This document shows positions 45,624 to 55,491 of a DNA stretch of 64,000 bases, in pieces. Each line of letters starts with the position of its first letter. Position 1 is the first letter of the stretch. Origin of the DNA: a virus. Below the pieces are notes generated by a model that saw only the letters and a program-made list of their open reading frames with translations, searched no databases and was not told where the DNA came from. The DNA is taken from positions 50,502 to 114,501 of IMG/VR virus record IMGVR_UViG_3300014613_000018; one strand, 5' to 3'. The position numbers were made by a program, and so were the translations under genes.

Positions 45624-48095
45624 TCAAGTGCTGAATATTAAGGGCTGTTTTTTATCCCATGAAACTCCAACTTCAGGTTCAGCTACTAAAGGTACTCCGT
45701 TTGACCAATCTATCTCATTAGTCATTCCCTCCATCTCTTCCTGTAATATTTTACCTACTATTTCTATCTCTTCAGGAACACAATCTGAAAGTAAATCATC
45801 GTGTATCTCAAGTATCAATAATGATTTTATACCTTCAGCTACCATTCTTCGATTAACATTGACTAAAGCACCTACCATAATTGTATGAGCAGGTTCTTGA
45901 ATAGAAGTGTTTACACCCTGCCTTAATGCAGATTGTACCTTGAAATAATTACTTCTATCCTCTCTACTCATTTTCCAAGGTTCTTTATCTCTAGGGTAAG
46001 GTAGTCTAGCATTAGGTAACTTTCTTACTCTACCTGTAATAGTTCTAATCTCACCTGAACCTTGTATCTGTGCTTTAATCTTTTCAACATACTCTCCTAA
46101 TCCCAAGTAAGTTGCTAAAAATTCCTCACTCATTGAATATGCACCTGCAAAGTTAGCTGTTTTAGCTGTAGTTCTCCAAGCCTTCTGCACACTCTTTAAT
46201 TGCTCATAGTAATCAGGATGGTCTTTGACTGCTCTGGCTGTATGTAAGTCACCTCCGTGTAAATTTTCCTTATAGGTACTCATCATAATACTATCCACTG
46301 ACCTCATCACCATCACCCTCAGTTCGAGTTGTCCGTAATCGGAACTAACCAGCCTACCATCAGGAAACCTGCTAATTAACATTCTTCTAACAGGCCACTC
46401 TAACATAAACTGTTCACCTTCAGTCATTTCAGGATTTTCTGACTGATTTCGTGAAAGTTGAGCAAAATTGGGATTTGATGTTGCCAATCTTCCAGTAATG
46501 GTTCCCGACAAATTATAATGTGGATGTACTAATCCATCCCAACCTATCCAGTTTTTCCATTTAGAAGCATACCTTGAGTCTACCGTATTAACAACTGAAT
46601 AATCCTTATAAAACAATAAAAACTCTTCAATATGCTCTGTTAATCCTACAGTATTTAACAATGCTTCTATTGCCTTCTTGTCAGCAGAAAGACTTCCTGA
46701 ATCCTTACTATACTGTTTAGGTAACTTCAACTTATCGTATAGCAGGTGTTTTACTTGTGCAGATTTACTTACATCTAAACTTGAAAAATTATCTCTAACT
46801 AACTTAGTCTCTTCACATTTAGCTTTTAACCTTTCCACCTTTTGAGCATACTTCATAGTCATTTGTTTACAGTAAGGAATATCTAGTTTAATACCATTCA
46901 TACTAATCTTATCATAAGGTAATATTGCAGGTACTATAAACTTATGATATACATTCCAACTATCTATCCTTTTAACCTGTGAATCAAACACTTCCTCTGA
47001 AAGCCTAGCCGTAGCAACACAATCACCCACACAATAACTTGCAATTTTATCTAAAGGAAAATATGCAAACTTAATTCCATACTTTACCTTCAGAACATCC
47101 ACTTCAGCATCGTAACCGCCCATATCAGGTAAGTATTTCAATGTTAAATTCTCTAATTTATAACTCTCACCCTGCTCTCTAATTAAATGATATTCGTGCA
47201 TAGGATCAGAAATATAATTTAACTTATCTATATCTACATCTAAATATCTGTGTAACCATGATGCATCAAACCCACCATTAAATGCTCTCAATGGTACTCC
47301 ACTTAAAAACACTTCTCTTAACAGTTTAACTCTAGATTCATACTCACTTTTAGTAATGTGTAAATCAGGATGCTCTAATGATACAAAACAGCCTTTCCTA
47401 TTTTGAGTATCATAACAAAAGCCTATTCCAATAATAAACTGTGTAGCATCATTCATGTCTAGGCTTGAAGTCTCACAGTCAAATGTTAAAGGCTTAGCTT
47501 TAAGTAATTCAGGTTGCAATTCTGCTAACCTTTTAGAATCAATCATTTCCCAACTGTAACATGAATCTACATCTAAATTGAGCAATGCTAAAGCCTTCTG
47601 AATATCTCTAATTTCTTGTTTCTTTTTACCTTCAGATTGCTTCTTTTCTGGCTCATGTAAGGGTAAATGATACACACCTCCGATACGGTGAATTTTACCT
47701 GCTAATTCATCCATTTTAGTTTTCTGTAATATAGTTTTAGTTGCAACACTACCTACAAGAATAACTAATTCTAAGTTCTTGTTATGAGACTTCAAGGTTT
47801 TCATTAAAGTCTGATTACAGCACCTTATGTACTCAGCCTTTGGCCTTTTTTCACAATGACAGGAAACAATGTTAGTGAAACCTACTTCTTTAAGGTTAAC
47901 ACCTGCTTGTTGTAGAGTATGTTTAAGTTTCCTACCACTTTCACCGGAGAACAACCTACCAGTTCTATCATCTTGTGCTGATGGCTGTTCTCCGATAACT
48001 ATTATTCTAGGCTTTGCAGGGCCATCATAAGCCATTTGGTAATTCTTTGCAGTCAATGAAAGCTCACAAGGGCATACTGCCATTTTCTTAGGCAA
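45624..48095 (-). CDS. family A DNA polymerase with N-terminal uracil-DNA-glycosylase-like domain
   Basis: UDG-4-like GEQP..D..G..F.G.SG; exo DCET/FNGGFD/YCVGD; motifs DYGQLELR, RTTAKTANF, IHDD. Confidence 0.92.
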   Translation of the reverse strand: MPKKMAVCPCELSLTAKNYQMAYDGPAKPRIIVIGEQPSAQDDRTGRLFSGESGRKLKHTLQQAGVNLKEVGFTNIVSCHCEKRPKAEYIRCCNQTLMKTLKSHNKNLELVILVGSVATKTILQKTKMDELAGKIHRIGGVYHLPLHEPEKKQSEGKKKQEIRDIQKALALLNLDVDSCYSWEMIDSKRLAELQPELLKAKPLTFDCETSSLDMNDATQFIIGIGFCYDTQNRKGCFVSLEHPDLHITKSEYESRVKLLREVFLSGVPLRAFNGGFDASWLHRYLDVDIDKLNYISDPMHEYHLIREQGESYKLENLTLKYLPDMGGYDAEVDVLKVKYGIKFAYFPLDKIASYCVGDCVATARLSEEVFDSQVKRIDSWNVYHKFIVPAILPYDKISMNGIKLDIPYCKQMTMKYAQKVERLKAKCEETKLVRDNFSSLDVSKSAQVKHLLYDKLKLPKQYSKDSGSLSADKKAIEALLNTVGLTEHIEEFLLFYKDYSVVNTVDSRYASKWKNWIGWDGLVHPHYNLSGTITGRLATSNPNFAQLSRNQSENPEMTEGEQFMLEWPVRRMLISRFPDGRLVSSDYGQLELRVMVMRSVDSIMMSTYKENLHGGDLHTARAVKDHPDYYEQLKSVQKAWRTTAKTANFAGAYSMSEEFLATYLGLGEYVEKIKAQIQGSGEIRTITGRVRKLPNARLPYPRDKEPWKMSREDRSNYFKVQSALRQGVNTSIQEPAHTIMVGALVNVNRRMVAEGIKSLLILEIHDDLLSDCVPEEIEIVGKILQEEMEGMTNEIDWSNGVPLVAEPEVGVSWDKKQPLIFST

Positions 48096-48915
48096 ACAAA
48101 TTCTCCACTTTAGACAGAAGAATATCTACACTCGCCTTAGTAACTATTCTGATCTCATTAAAACCATTAGAATAACTAATTATTTGAAGTGACCTTGTAA
48201 CCCCACCCTTATCTAGCTCTTCTGCTACAAACTCTTCCTCAACTTCAACTGGCTTAGTTACCTTAGAAGCTGTAACAGGCTTAACTCTGTCCTTCTTAGA
48301 AACTTCAGTCTTAGTGTTTACAGGCTCTTCATCAGTACCTTCAAACAAATCATTTTTAGGCTTTTCAGTTTCCTTTACAGGTTCAACATTATACAGTGCT
48401 GTAAGTGCAGTTTCAACTACTGTAGTAAAATCAATGTTATCATTATACTCTACCACGAGGCCCTTATTATCAGTCTTGTAATACTGTTCATCTATTCCTA
48501 GTACACTACCATCCTCAAGCCTATGAATCTGTAGTGCTCTCTTAGTAACCACAAACACATCATCTTCACCTATGAAAACCTTATCTCTAGTATTAGCACT
48601 TGTAATTTCTGGCTTGTAACCTTGAGCCTTACAAGTAGCCTTAACTATTGCTAAAACATACTCTCGTGTAATACCCATATCTTTTGCCGTATTAACAGCC
48701 TCTACTACAGGTTCAGTATCTTCAGGCTCTACACCGGCAAGTATAGGCTCATAATGGTTAATACAAATAGCCTTGCATTGTACAAAATCTGGACACTTTT
48801 TACATTCTGAATCGGTAATGCAACATCCTACATTTTCATCCTCGTGACCAAAACAACTTTCATCATCCTTATACATCTGCATCTGTTCATCAGTTACTAC
48901 TACAGTCTTAGGCAT
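48088..48915 (-). CDS. hypothetical protein with N-terminal Cys cluster
   Basis: CFG...CC...ECKKC....C...C. Confidence 0.7.
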   Translation of the reverse strand: MPKTVVVTDEQMQMYKDDESCFGHEDENVGCCITDSECKKCPDFVQCKAICINHYEPILAGVEPEDTEPVVEAVNTAKDMGITREYVLAIVKATCKAQGYKPEITSANTRDKVFIGEDDVFVVTKRALQIHRLEDGSVLGIDEQYYKTDNKGLVVEYNDNIDFTTVVETALTALYNVEPVKETEKPKNDLFEGTDEEPVNTKTEVSKKDRVKPVTASKVTKPVEVEEEFVAEELDKGGVTRSLQIISYSNGFNEIRIVTKASVDILLSKVENLFA

Positions 48916-49516
48916 TAGTTTCCTCCATTTCATTAATTTTCTTCATTGCTTCTAATCTCCATATTTCACCATTCTCTTCAGGGCTTAGATCATCATAATA
49001 AATTCCTAGTATCCTCTCTATCCTCCACATATAACATCTTTGCTTTTCAGTTAAAGGTTCAACTAACAATCTTTTACGGTAATCTACTGCTTGTTTCAGA
49101 AACATTGTCAGCACACCCTTACGCTTCTTATCGCCTCTTAACAATTCTGGATTCTCATACAGTAACCAACAAATATAAGCTACTCTAACCCACTCATTCT
49201 TCCTTTGTAACTTACTCCTTTCTAACTCTTTCCAGAACATTGAATTATCACCATACTTTAGAATTACTTCAACAATCTTAGCCCTTTGATTGTTAATCTT
49301 AATACCTAATCCATACCAAGCTAAATAATCCTGCATAACTTTCCATGTCCACCGCATATCAGGATTAGCTAAAGGTAAGTTATTATCCTCAAACTTTGTA
49401 ATAATTTCTTTAACTTGTGGCACTAAATCATCCTCACGAAAATTAGCTGTACGATTATAGAACCATCTTTTAACTTTACTAAATTCATTATGCATACTTA
49501 CATTAGTATCAGTCAT
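48908..49516 (-). CDS. hypothetical protein
   Basis: operon context. Confidence 0.7.
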   Translation of the reverse strand: MTDTNVSMHNEFSKVKRWFYNRTANFREDDLVPQVKEIITKFEDNNLPLANPDMRWTWKVMQDYLAWYGLGIKINNQRAKIVEVILKYGDNSMFWKELERSKLQRKNEWVRVAYICWLLYENPELLRGDKKRKGVLTMFLKQAVDYRKRLLVEPLTEKQRCYMWRIERILGIYYDDLSPEENGEIWRLEAMKKINEMEETNA

Positions 49517-49971
49517 TTAACCTCATTTTCTAATTTATCTCTAAGCCACATTAATCTTCCACAAAATTCAGTTCTAGTCAGTACAGTTTCAGACTTATTT
49601 TTCTTCCCTATGGCATGAGTTAATGTAGTATTCCCTGTAGCTCGTAAGGCGTTTCTAAACTTTTTGTTTTCAAACATGCTCAAGTATGCTCTATCAAGTA
49701 AATCTTGATATTCCTGAGAATCTCTAGGGTATACTTCATCTTGCCAGTAAAGTTCTTGCTTAGTCTGCCAATTCTTACCGCTTCCCCTGCTTTTAGCTTT
49801 AAACCCCACCAACTTACATACTGCCCTTTGAATACCGGGGTTCTTAAACTTTAACGATTGAAGAAAACCTTCCATACTTGCACACTCTACTCCATCAATC
49901 ACAAAGGGGTGAGGACTAAAGTTACTTAAAGTTCCAGCAGGAAACCCTCTTTTACTTCCAATGTCCATCAT
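49513..49971 (-). CDS. NADAR-family protein (T4 gp30.3-like)
   Basis: LSNF..HPFVIDG...EGFLQSLK...LYW...FRNAL.AT....LTH...T.LT..EF. Confidence 0.8.
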   Translation of the reverse strand: MMDIGSKRGFPAGTLSNFSPHPFVIDGVECASMEGFLQSLKFKNPGIQRAVCKLVGFKAKSRGSGKNWQTKQELYWQDEVYPRDSQEYQDLLDRAYLSMFENKKFRNALRATGNTTLTHAIGKKNKSETVLTRTEFCGRLMWLRDKLENEVK

Positions 49972-50201
49972 TCCAACCTCATTTCAACAAATTCTATAAA
50001 TGCTAAACTATCCATTGTTACTATACTAGGATAAATTATAAGTAAACTATCAATATTCAAACTATCAGCACTATTAGTAAATGCTACTACAGGCTCACCT
50101 TCTGTACACATTCCAGTATAATTAGCATGAAAATTATTATCAGTATCTATATAAGGTACTATAGGTGAGTCAATAATTAATAACAGCATTATTAGCAACA
50201 T
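49968..50201 (-). CDS. putative exported small protein
   Basis: MLLIMLLLII start. Confidence 0.55.
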   Translation of the reverse strand: MLLIMLLLIIDSPIVPYIDTDNNFHANYTGMCTEGEPVVAFTNSADSLNIDSLLIIYPSIVTMDSLAFIEFVEMRLE

Positions 50202-50202
50202 T

Positions 50203-50715
50203 TTAATCCCACCAGCCTCTAAAGTATTTTTTCATGTAACTTGCAAGGAAATCTATATCCTGCTTATACAACATTTCTGCATGTTCATACTGTTTCAAAC
50301 TATCTTGAGTCATTACACATTCCTTTAATGGAGGCATGGTAATTTTCAATTCACAAAGACCATGTTTATCAGGTTCACCAAACTCTAAATCACCATGTTC
50401 ATCATCTTTGTAAATTTGCATACTGTAATCTTCATCTAGTATCCTTTTAAGTACCTGTTCAAATTCCCACATTCTTCTAACTTTATGCTCATCACCTACA
50501 TGCCGTCTATTTTTATCAATTACTTTTCTTACTTCAGCCAGTTTCCACATGAAAAAATCTAGTGCGTAACCTGACTCAAAACTTGGAGTAGTATAGACTT
50601 TAGGAATCCAACGAATTACTCTAGCTATTCTTATACATTGAATCTCTATCCAGTCAAAAGGTTTAAGTATAGTCTTCTTAAACTCATACCATTTTTCCCA
50701 AGTTTTAAGTTTCAT
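50203..50715 (-). CDS. hypothetical protein
   Basis: ends YFRGWWD. Confidence 0.7.
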   Translation of the reverse strand: MKLKTWEKWYEFKKTILKPFDWIEIQCIRIARVIRWIPKVYTTPSFESGYALDFFMWKLAEVRKVIDKNRRHVGDEHKVRRMWEFEQVLKRILDEDYSMQIYKDDEHGDLEFGEPDKHGLCELKITMPPLKECVMTQDSLKQYEHAEMLYKQDIDFLASYMKKYFRGWWD

Positions 50716-51057
50716 TTAATTACCTATTTCCTTTTCATAATCCTTGTAAATGATTGCAAACACTAAGCCCATGAAGTATCTATCGCTTACAGGTTCGTGG
50801 TTAATAAGCCTGTTAATAGTACCTACACATACTTCTGCTAACCTGTTACCTTCAATAGCACAACTAGCATAAGCCTCTTGAAGTAAATGTAAATCCACAT
50901 TTTTACTGAGCAGTATATTTCTAGCTAATTCAATACTAGGGTGTGGCTCAGTAGGTGCAAGTGTGGTTCTGCTAACGTCTCCTTGTGGTGGATTAGTTAT
51001 GTCTAATTTTTCTGTAGGCTGATAACCACTAACTTTATTTTTCATTTGATACTCCAA
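50716..51057 (-). CDS. hypothetical protein
   Basis: ASCAIEGNRLAEVC. Confidence 0.65.
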   Translation of the reverse strand: MEYQMKNKVSGYQPTEKLDITNPPQGDVSRTTLAPTEPHPSIELARNILLSKNVDLHLLQEAYASCAIEGNRLAEVCVGTINRLINHEPVSDRYFMGLVFAIIYKDYEKEIGN

Positions 51058-51060
51058 TTT

Positions 51061-51285
51061 CTATCTGTGTTTTGTGAATGCCTCATACTCTTCTTTTGAA
51101 CCAAACTCATAAATACAATATGGTATATAACAATTAGCTGGTATATCTACTCCAGTATTCTTCTTCCTAGTAGCATCTTGTATCTCATAAAGTATTGGAA
51201 AAGTATTCGTAGAAAAAAGTAAAATCGATTTATGAATAGTATTATTATAACTTCCTTCTACTGCAACATAAAAATATCTTTCCAT
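51061..51285 (-). CDS. hypothetical protein
   Basis: GAAAGGAG RBS. Confidence 0.65.
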   Translation of the reverse strand: MERYFYVAVEGSYNNTIHKSILLFSTNTFPILYEIQDATRKKNTGVDIPANCYIPYCIYEFGSKEEYEAFTKHR

Positions 51286-51303
51286 TTCACTCTCCTTTCA
51301 ATT

Positions 51304-51367
51304 TATTCCCGTACGGTACTTTTACTTTAATTTCATTCTCAATTTAACTAAATATTCCCGTACGGTA
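51304..51367. repeat. 15-bp direct repeat TATTCCCGTACGGTA containing palindrome CCGTACGG
   Basis: copies at 51304-51318 and 51353-51367. Confidence 0.8.
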
Positions 51368-51375
51368 TCTTTATT

Positions 51376-52302
51376 CTAAAAACATTCCAATTTTGATGCA
51401 TTTCTAATAGCCCTTACAGCACTCCACACATCTTCACTAGCATCAGTGTTTCCTTCGATTATACCTATTTTGATGCTCTCCGTCAAGCCCTCTAATTTTC
51501 TGGCTACTTTCAAGGCATCCTTCTCAAACCCACCATCTAGTAACACTATTACCTTATCCCAATTTTCAAGTACAAGTAAAATCTGATCATCACTAATTTC
51601 CTTACCTAACAATGCTACACTAGGTATTCCAATCTGCATTAATGCTATACAGTCAAACACTCCTTCTACTAATACTACCCAATCCTTTTTCCTAGCATTA
51701 TCATAGTTATATAACAATTCAGATTTATCTTTAGGAGCCTCACCTTTATGTGGATATAAATATCTTGTAGGAGTATTATAACCTTTAATCTGTCTAGCAA
51801 CTAAATTAGCAATTTCATGGTCAAAGTAAACAGGCAGTACAAGCATGTTCTCATACCTACCTTCAACACCTACTCGGAAACCTAACTTTTCAACATCCTT
51901 CCTAGTAATATTCCTAGTCGCTAAATATTCTAAAGCTCGTTGACACACTAACTTAGATTCAAAAATGCTAGTCGTACCTTCAGTCCAATCAAAGAATAAA
52001 TCTGCTACTGTAGATTCTTTATCATACACTGACAATAATGTTGCAAGTGTTATTCCTCCAGAATATTGTTCAATTACATCTGCAACTTTAACTCGCCATC
52101 CTAACACCTTTTTTGTGAGCCGTTCAAACGATCCTCCGTGTCCACACTTGTAACAATGCCACTTTCCAGTATCTAATGAAATGTTAAAGTGATTATTACC
52201 TTTGTGGCATACTGGACAATCTGCAAATAAATTATTATCCCTCTCAACAAGGTTATGTAAATGCTCCTGTGCAAATTGGCGAATTATAGGTTCATTAATC
52301 AT
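51376..52302 (-). CDS. DNA primase (DnaG-type, Zn finger + TOPRIM)
   Basis: CPVC...HCYKC; EGVFD; LLDGG. Confidence 0.9.
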   Translation of the reverse strand: MINEPIIRQFAQEHLHNLVERDNNLFADCPVCHKGNNHFNISLDTGKWHCYKCGHGGSFERLTKKVLGWRVKVADVIEQYSGGITLATLLSVYDKESTVADLFFDWTEGTTSIFESKLVCQRALEYLATRNITRKDVEKLGFRVGVEGRYENMLVLPVYFDHEIANLVARQIKGYNTPTRYLYPHKGEAPKDKSELLYNYDNARKKDWVVLVEGVFDCIALMQIGIPSVALLGKEISDDQILLVLENWDKVIVLLDGGFEKDALKVARKLEGLTESIKIGIIEGNTDASEDVWSAVRAIRNASKLECF

Positions 52303-52306
52303 TTAG

Positions 52307-52708
52307 TTAACTACCACAATAAGTAGCCTTTTCTATTCCTAGTGTAGGCAGGATACTGTTGGATGTTAATATAAATGTAAAAATTACTCCTACTCCTACT
52401 TCAATAGACTGAAATCCTATACTATCATTTTCAACAAAACAGAAACTAGAAAACCCTCTCTTATTCAATTTTTCATTTATTACATTAACTAATTCTTTGG
52501 CTGTATATTCCCCATCCAAAAATAACATTGCTATAAGTGAAGACTCCATTCCAGTAGGCGTATATTTAAAGCATAAACGATAATTAGAACCATCTATTAT
52601 AAAAGGCCCTTTATTTACACCGAGTACCTTTGCTGGATACCTTTGAACATTTACTTCTGTTAAACTAACTTCAAGGTTAGCTCCACAACTAGGACACTTA
52701 CATATCAT
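52307..52708 (-). CDS. hypothetical protein
   Basis: CPSCGA start. Confidence 0.6.
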   Translation of the reverse strand: MICKCPSCGANLEVSLTEVNVQRYPAKVLGVNKGPFIIDGSNYRLCFKYTPTGMESSLIAMLFLDGEYTAKELVNVINEKLNKRGFSSFCFVENDSIGFQSIEVGVGVIFTFILTSNSILPTLGIEKATYCGS

Positions 52709-52859
52709 TTTCTTCCTCTTCCTGTTTATACTTATCGACCATTAACCTAACAATACTAGGGTCACTTGAATATAACTCTGGACAAAAATACCAAGGTATG
52801 TTTTCTTCAGGATATTCTACTTCAAATTCAAGATTATTAATTATGTTTTCCATGCCTAC

Positions 52860-52888
52860 AATATACCTTCAACCTTCACTGTTGTCAA
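52860..52888 (-). promoter_or_regulatory. sigma70-type promoter
   Basis: TTGACA-17-TATATT. Confidence 0.7.
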
Positions 52889-52892
52889 GCCC

Positions 52893-54194
52893 TTAAAATG
52901 GAATAGCACCATCTTCGTCCCAATCTGTTAAAAGCATAGTAGTTTTATCAAACAATATTGGGATCACTTTTCCTTGACCTCCACCTTCCCTCAAGAGATT
53001 GCACTTTAACCTTCCTCTAGCAGGTACACATTGCTCTTCCTCTGCTGATTGTAAGATACTCCATAAACTGTCAGTGGCAAAGGATTTCGTTGCATCTCCA
53101 CGCACATCTGATTCATCTAACTGATCTTTGCTACCACTATTTTTACCTGCTTGAGTGGCCGTCCAACCGGGGATATTCCTTTCAATTAGAATCTTCCTAA
53201 TCCCCTCTGTCAATGGCCCTTGTGATTTCCAACCATCATCATTATCATAAGGCCCTTTCATAATGTCAACATAATCTACAATTAACAAGTCTGTAGAATA
53301 TCTTTCAATCTTCCATAATTTATCTATAAATCTATCTAAGCCTTCTAATGTTAATCCTTTAGTGGGAAACTGTTTGTAGTAAATATCCCCACCTCTACTT
53401 AACATTCTCTTAAACGACCTTCGCCATTTAGCAGTATGATTAGACAGTTCATCATCTGTCATTCCACTTAGGCGCATATGTGTCCTTGTAAGTATCTGTT
53501 TCTCACTCATTTCAAGGCTAATAAATGTAACCTTTTTACCTTGCATTGCACCTGCATAAGCATTACCATTAAGTAAGATTGATTTACCTCTTTTAGTAGG
53601 TGCAAATATCATGTGTAACTCACCGGGGCCTGCACCACCTCTAAGTATCTGGTCTACACCTCTAATAAATGTTGCAATCTTATTTTCAAACCTTGATTCT
53701 TCACTTAGATAATTTTTAACAATATCAAACGAATCTGATAGTCTCAATCCATCCAGCATATTAGCTTCACTTGATAACAATGCTTTTTCAATTACAGGGA
53801 GAATTTTATCATACTCCTTATTCTTCAAGTAACCTTCACTCAAGTATAATGCTATTCTCATTGCTTGTTGTGTACAGAAATCAGTAACTTCATCCTCAAT
53901 ATATTGTGCATCTGATAAATCTGCATTTTTAATCTTGTTTAATACTACATTTAGAAGTCTACTATCTTCCTGTTTATTAACTTCCTGTTTAAGGCTATCC
54001 TCTGTAGGTGTAACTCCATACTTATCATAAAAGTCTAGTATGATTTTACTAATTGTTACATAAGCTGGATTTTCAAAGTATTTATGGCTAAGTATATGTC
54101 GCTTCTTTAATACAAAAGCCTTATCATAGACCATTAAAGCCAGTATCTTAGTCTTGAAATCTCCATCAAAGGGAAAGGGTTGTGTATCTATCAT
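52893..54194 (-). CDS. DnaB-like replicative helicase
   Basis: APTKRGKS, ISLEMS, IVDYVD, TATQ. Confidence 0.9.
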   Translation of the reverse strand: MIDTQPFPFDGDFKTKILALMVYDKAFVLKKRHILSHKYFENPAYVTISKIILDFYDKYGVTPTEDSLKQEVNKQEDSRLLNVVLNKIKNADLSDAQYIEDEVTDFCTQQAMRIALYLSEGYLKNKEYDKILPVIEKALLSSEANMLDGLRLSDSFDIVKNYLSEESRFENKIATFIRGVDQILRGGAGPGELHMIFAPTKRGKSILLNGNAYAGAMQGKKVTFISLEMSEKQILTRTHMRLSGMTDDELSNHTAKWRRSFKRMLSRGGDIYYKQFPTKGLTLEGLDRFIDKLWKIERYSTDLLIVDYVDIMKGPYDNDDGWKSQGPLTEGIRKILIERNIPGWTATQAGKNSGSKDQLDESDVRGDATKSFATDSLWSILQSAEEEQCVPARGRLKCNLLREGGGQGKVIPILFDKTTMLLTDWDEDGAIPF

Positions 54195-54401
54195 TTATTG
54201 ATTTTTCTGAGACTCAAAATATTTATGCTGGTATATTAAAACATCACAGTCGGTTTCCTCAAGAGTGGCACCTAATTCATCACAAATATCCATCACTAAA
54301 TTATCCATAATTCTGCAACTAGGAAAATTACCTGCAATATCATTTAGGTATTCTAATGTTCGGTCTAATAGCCGGTGTATTTCCTTTTGTGTGTTTTTCA
54401 T
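54195..54401 (-). CDS. hypothetical protein
   Basis: AAAGGTGA RBS. Confidence 0.6.
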   Translation of the reverse strand: MKNTQKEIHRLLDRTLEYLNDIAGNFPSCRIMDNLVMDICDELGATLEETDCDVLIYQHKYFESQKNQ

Positions 54402-54422
54402 TTTTCACCTTTCATTATTTTA

Positions 54423-54677
54423 TTAGACTCTAAATTCGAGTTTACTTAATTTTTGCATACTTTCAGTTAAGTTTTCTATTCTACTCTTATGTCTTTCAAT
54501 TATATCCACTTTTAGAATGTTAAACGCTTTCTCAACATCCCATTCAGAAGGGTAATAAAAGATTCCATTTGGGGCTGGTTTATATTCCTTTTTAGGTTCT
54601 CTTTCACCATCTAAGCTGTAGTTAAGTATTTTCCAGCTTTTTTCTGTAGGATAAATTTCAATCGCACTATACTTCAT
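54423..54677 (-). CDS. hypothetical protein
   Basis: RBS. Confidence 0.6.
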   Translation of the reverse strand: MKYSAIEIYPTEKSWKILNYSLDGEREPKKEYKPAPNGIFYYPSEWDVEKAFNILKVDIIERHKSRIENLTESMQKLSKLEFRV

Positions 54678-54707
54678 TTAATTTTCGCCTTTCAATTTGT
54701 TGAAACT

Positions 54708-54884
54708 TTAAGCTTGCTTAGTATTAGCGACCTCTTCTGCCCACCCCTGTGCAGAAACAGCACTCCGTATAACATCACTATTTTCGTAGGCATCTTCGTC
54801 CATTTCAGTATCAAATATCTTCTGCAAATCGTCAGCAAACTTTCTGCAAAGACGCTGAATCTTTCTTTCAAGAGGCTTATTCAT
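54708..54884 (-). CDS. 58-aa hypothetical protein (not in ORF track)
   Basis: MNKPLERKIQRLCRKF...; GAAAGGA RBS. Confidence 0.6.
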   Translation of the reverse strand: MNKPLERKIQRLCRKFADDLQKIFDTEMDEDAYENSDVIRSAVSAQGWAEEVANTKQA

Positions 54885-54885
54885 T

Positions 54886-55491
54886 TCACTTTCCTTTCAT
54901 TATTTTCTTTAATTCAATATTCAAACCTGAGTAACCATACAGCATTTTCTCAGTATTGTCAAGTACCTTTTTTTCCTCCATTGTGATCTCACCCTTACGC
55001 ATCTCACTACTAATCCATTGACGCATATCTTTTCTCATTACAATATAGTAAGGTGAAACATTCTCCATGATGTATAAATCCCATATTCCTTCATAATCAT
55101 CTTCAGGTATCCTACACTTTTTAAGATTAGTAACTGAATGTGCTACAGCATTAGTAATTGCATCTCTTCTAGGTACTGCAACTTTAATACCCTGTCTAAT
55201 GAACTTATTATAATGATCTATTGCACTCTGGCTACCCAACATATTAGGAAAAGGATACTTCATTTTAGACCAGCCAGTTTTAGTTTTCCTAAACCAATCC
55301 CTTCTACTAGGGCTATTAGCTTGCATAAACAAAAATGGATTGATGTCAGGAAACTTCAAGGCTAATTTTTCAAAGACTTTTAATGTGGAAGCCTTAGTTT
55401 CAAACCTTACAAAATGAGTAGCCTTTTTAATCTCATCTTCATAAGCATTTTTCCAATCTACAGCACTCCACTGAGAATTTCTTTCTTTCAT
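54886..55491 (-). CDS. hypothetical replication-module protein
   Basis: between SF2 and DnaB helicases. Confidence 0.65.
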   Translation of the reverse strand: MKERNSQWSAVDWKNAYEDEIKKATHFVRFETKASTLKVFEKLALKFPDINPFLFMQANSPSRRDWFRKTKTGWSKMKYPFPNMLGSQSAIDHYNKFIRQGIKVAVPRRDAITNAVAHSVTNLKKCRIPEDDYEGIWDLYIMENVSPYYIVMRKDMRQWISSEMRKGEITMEEKKVLDNTEKMLYGYSGLNIELKKIMKGK

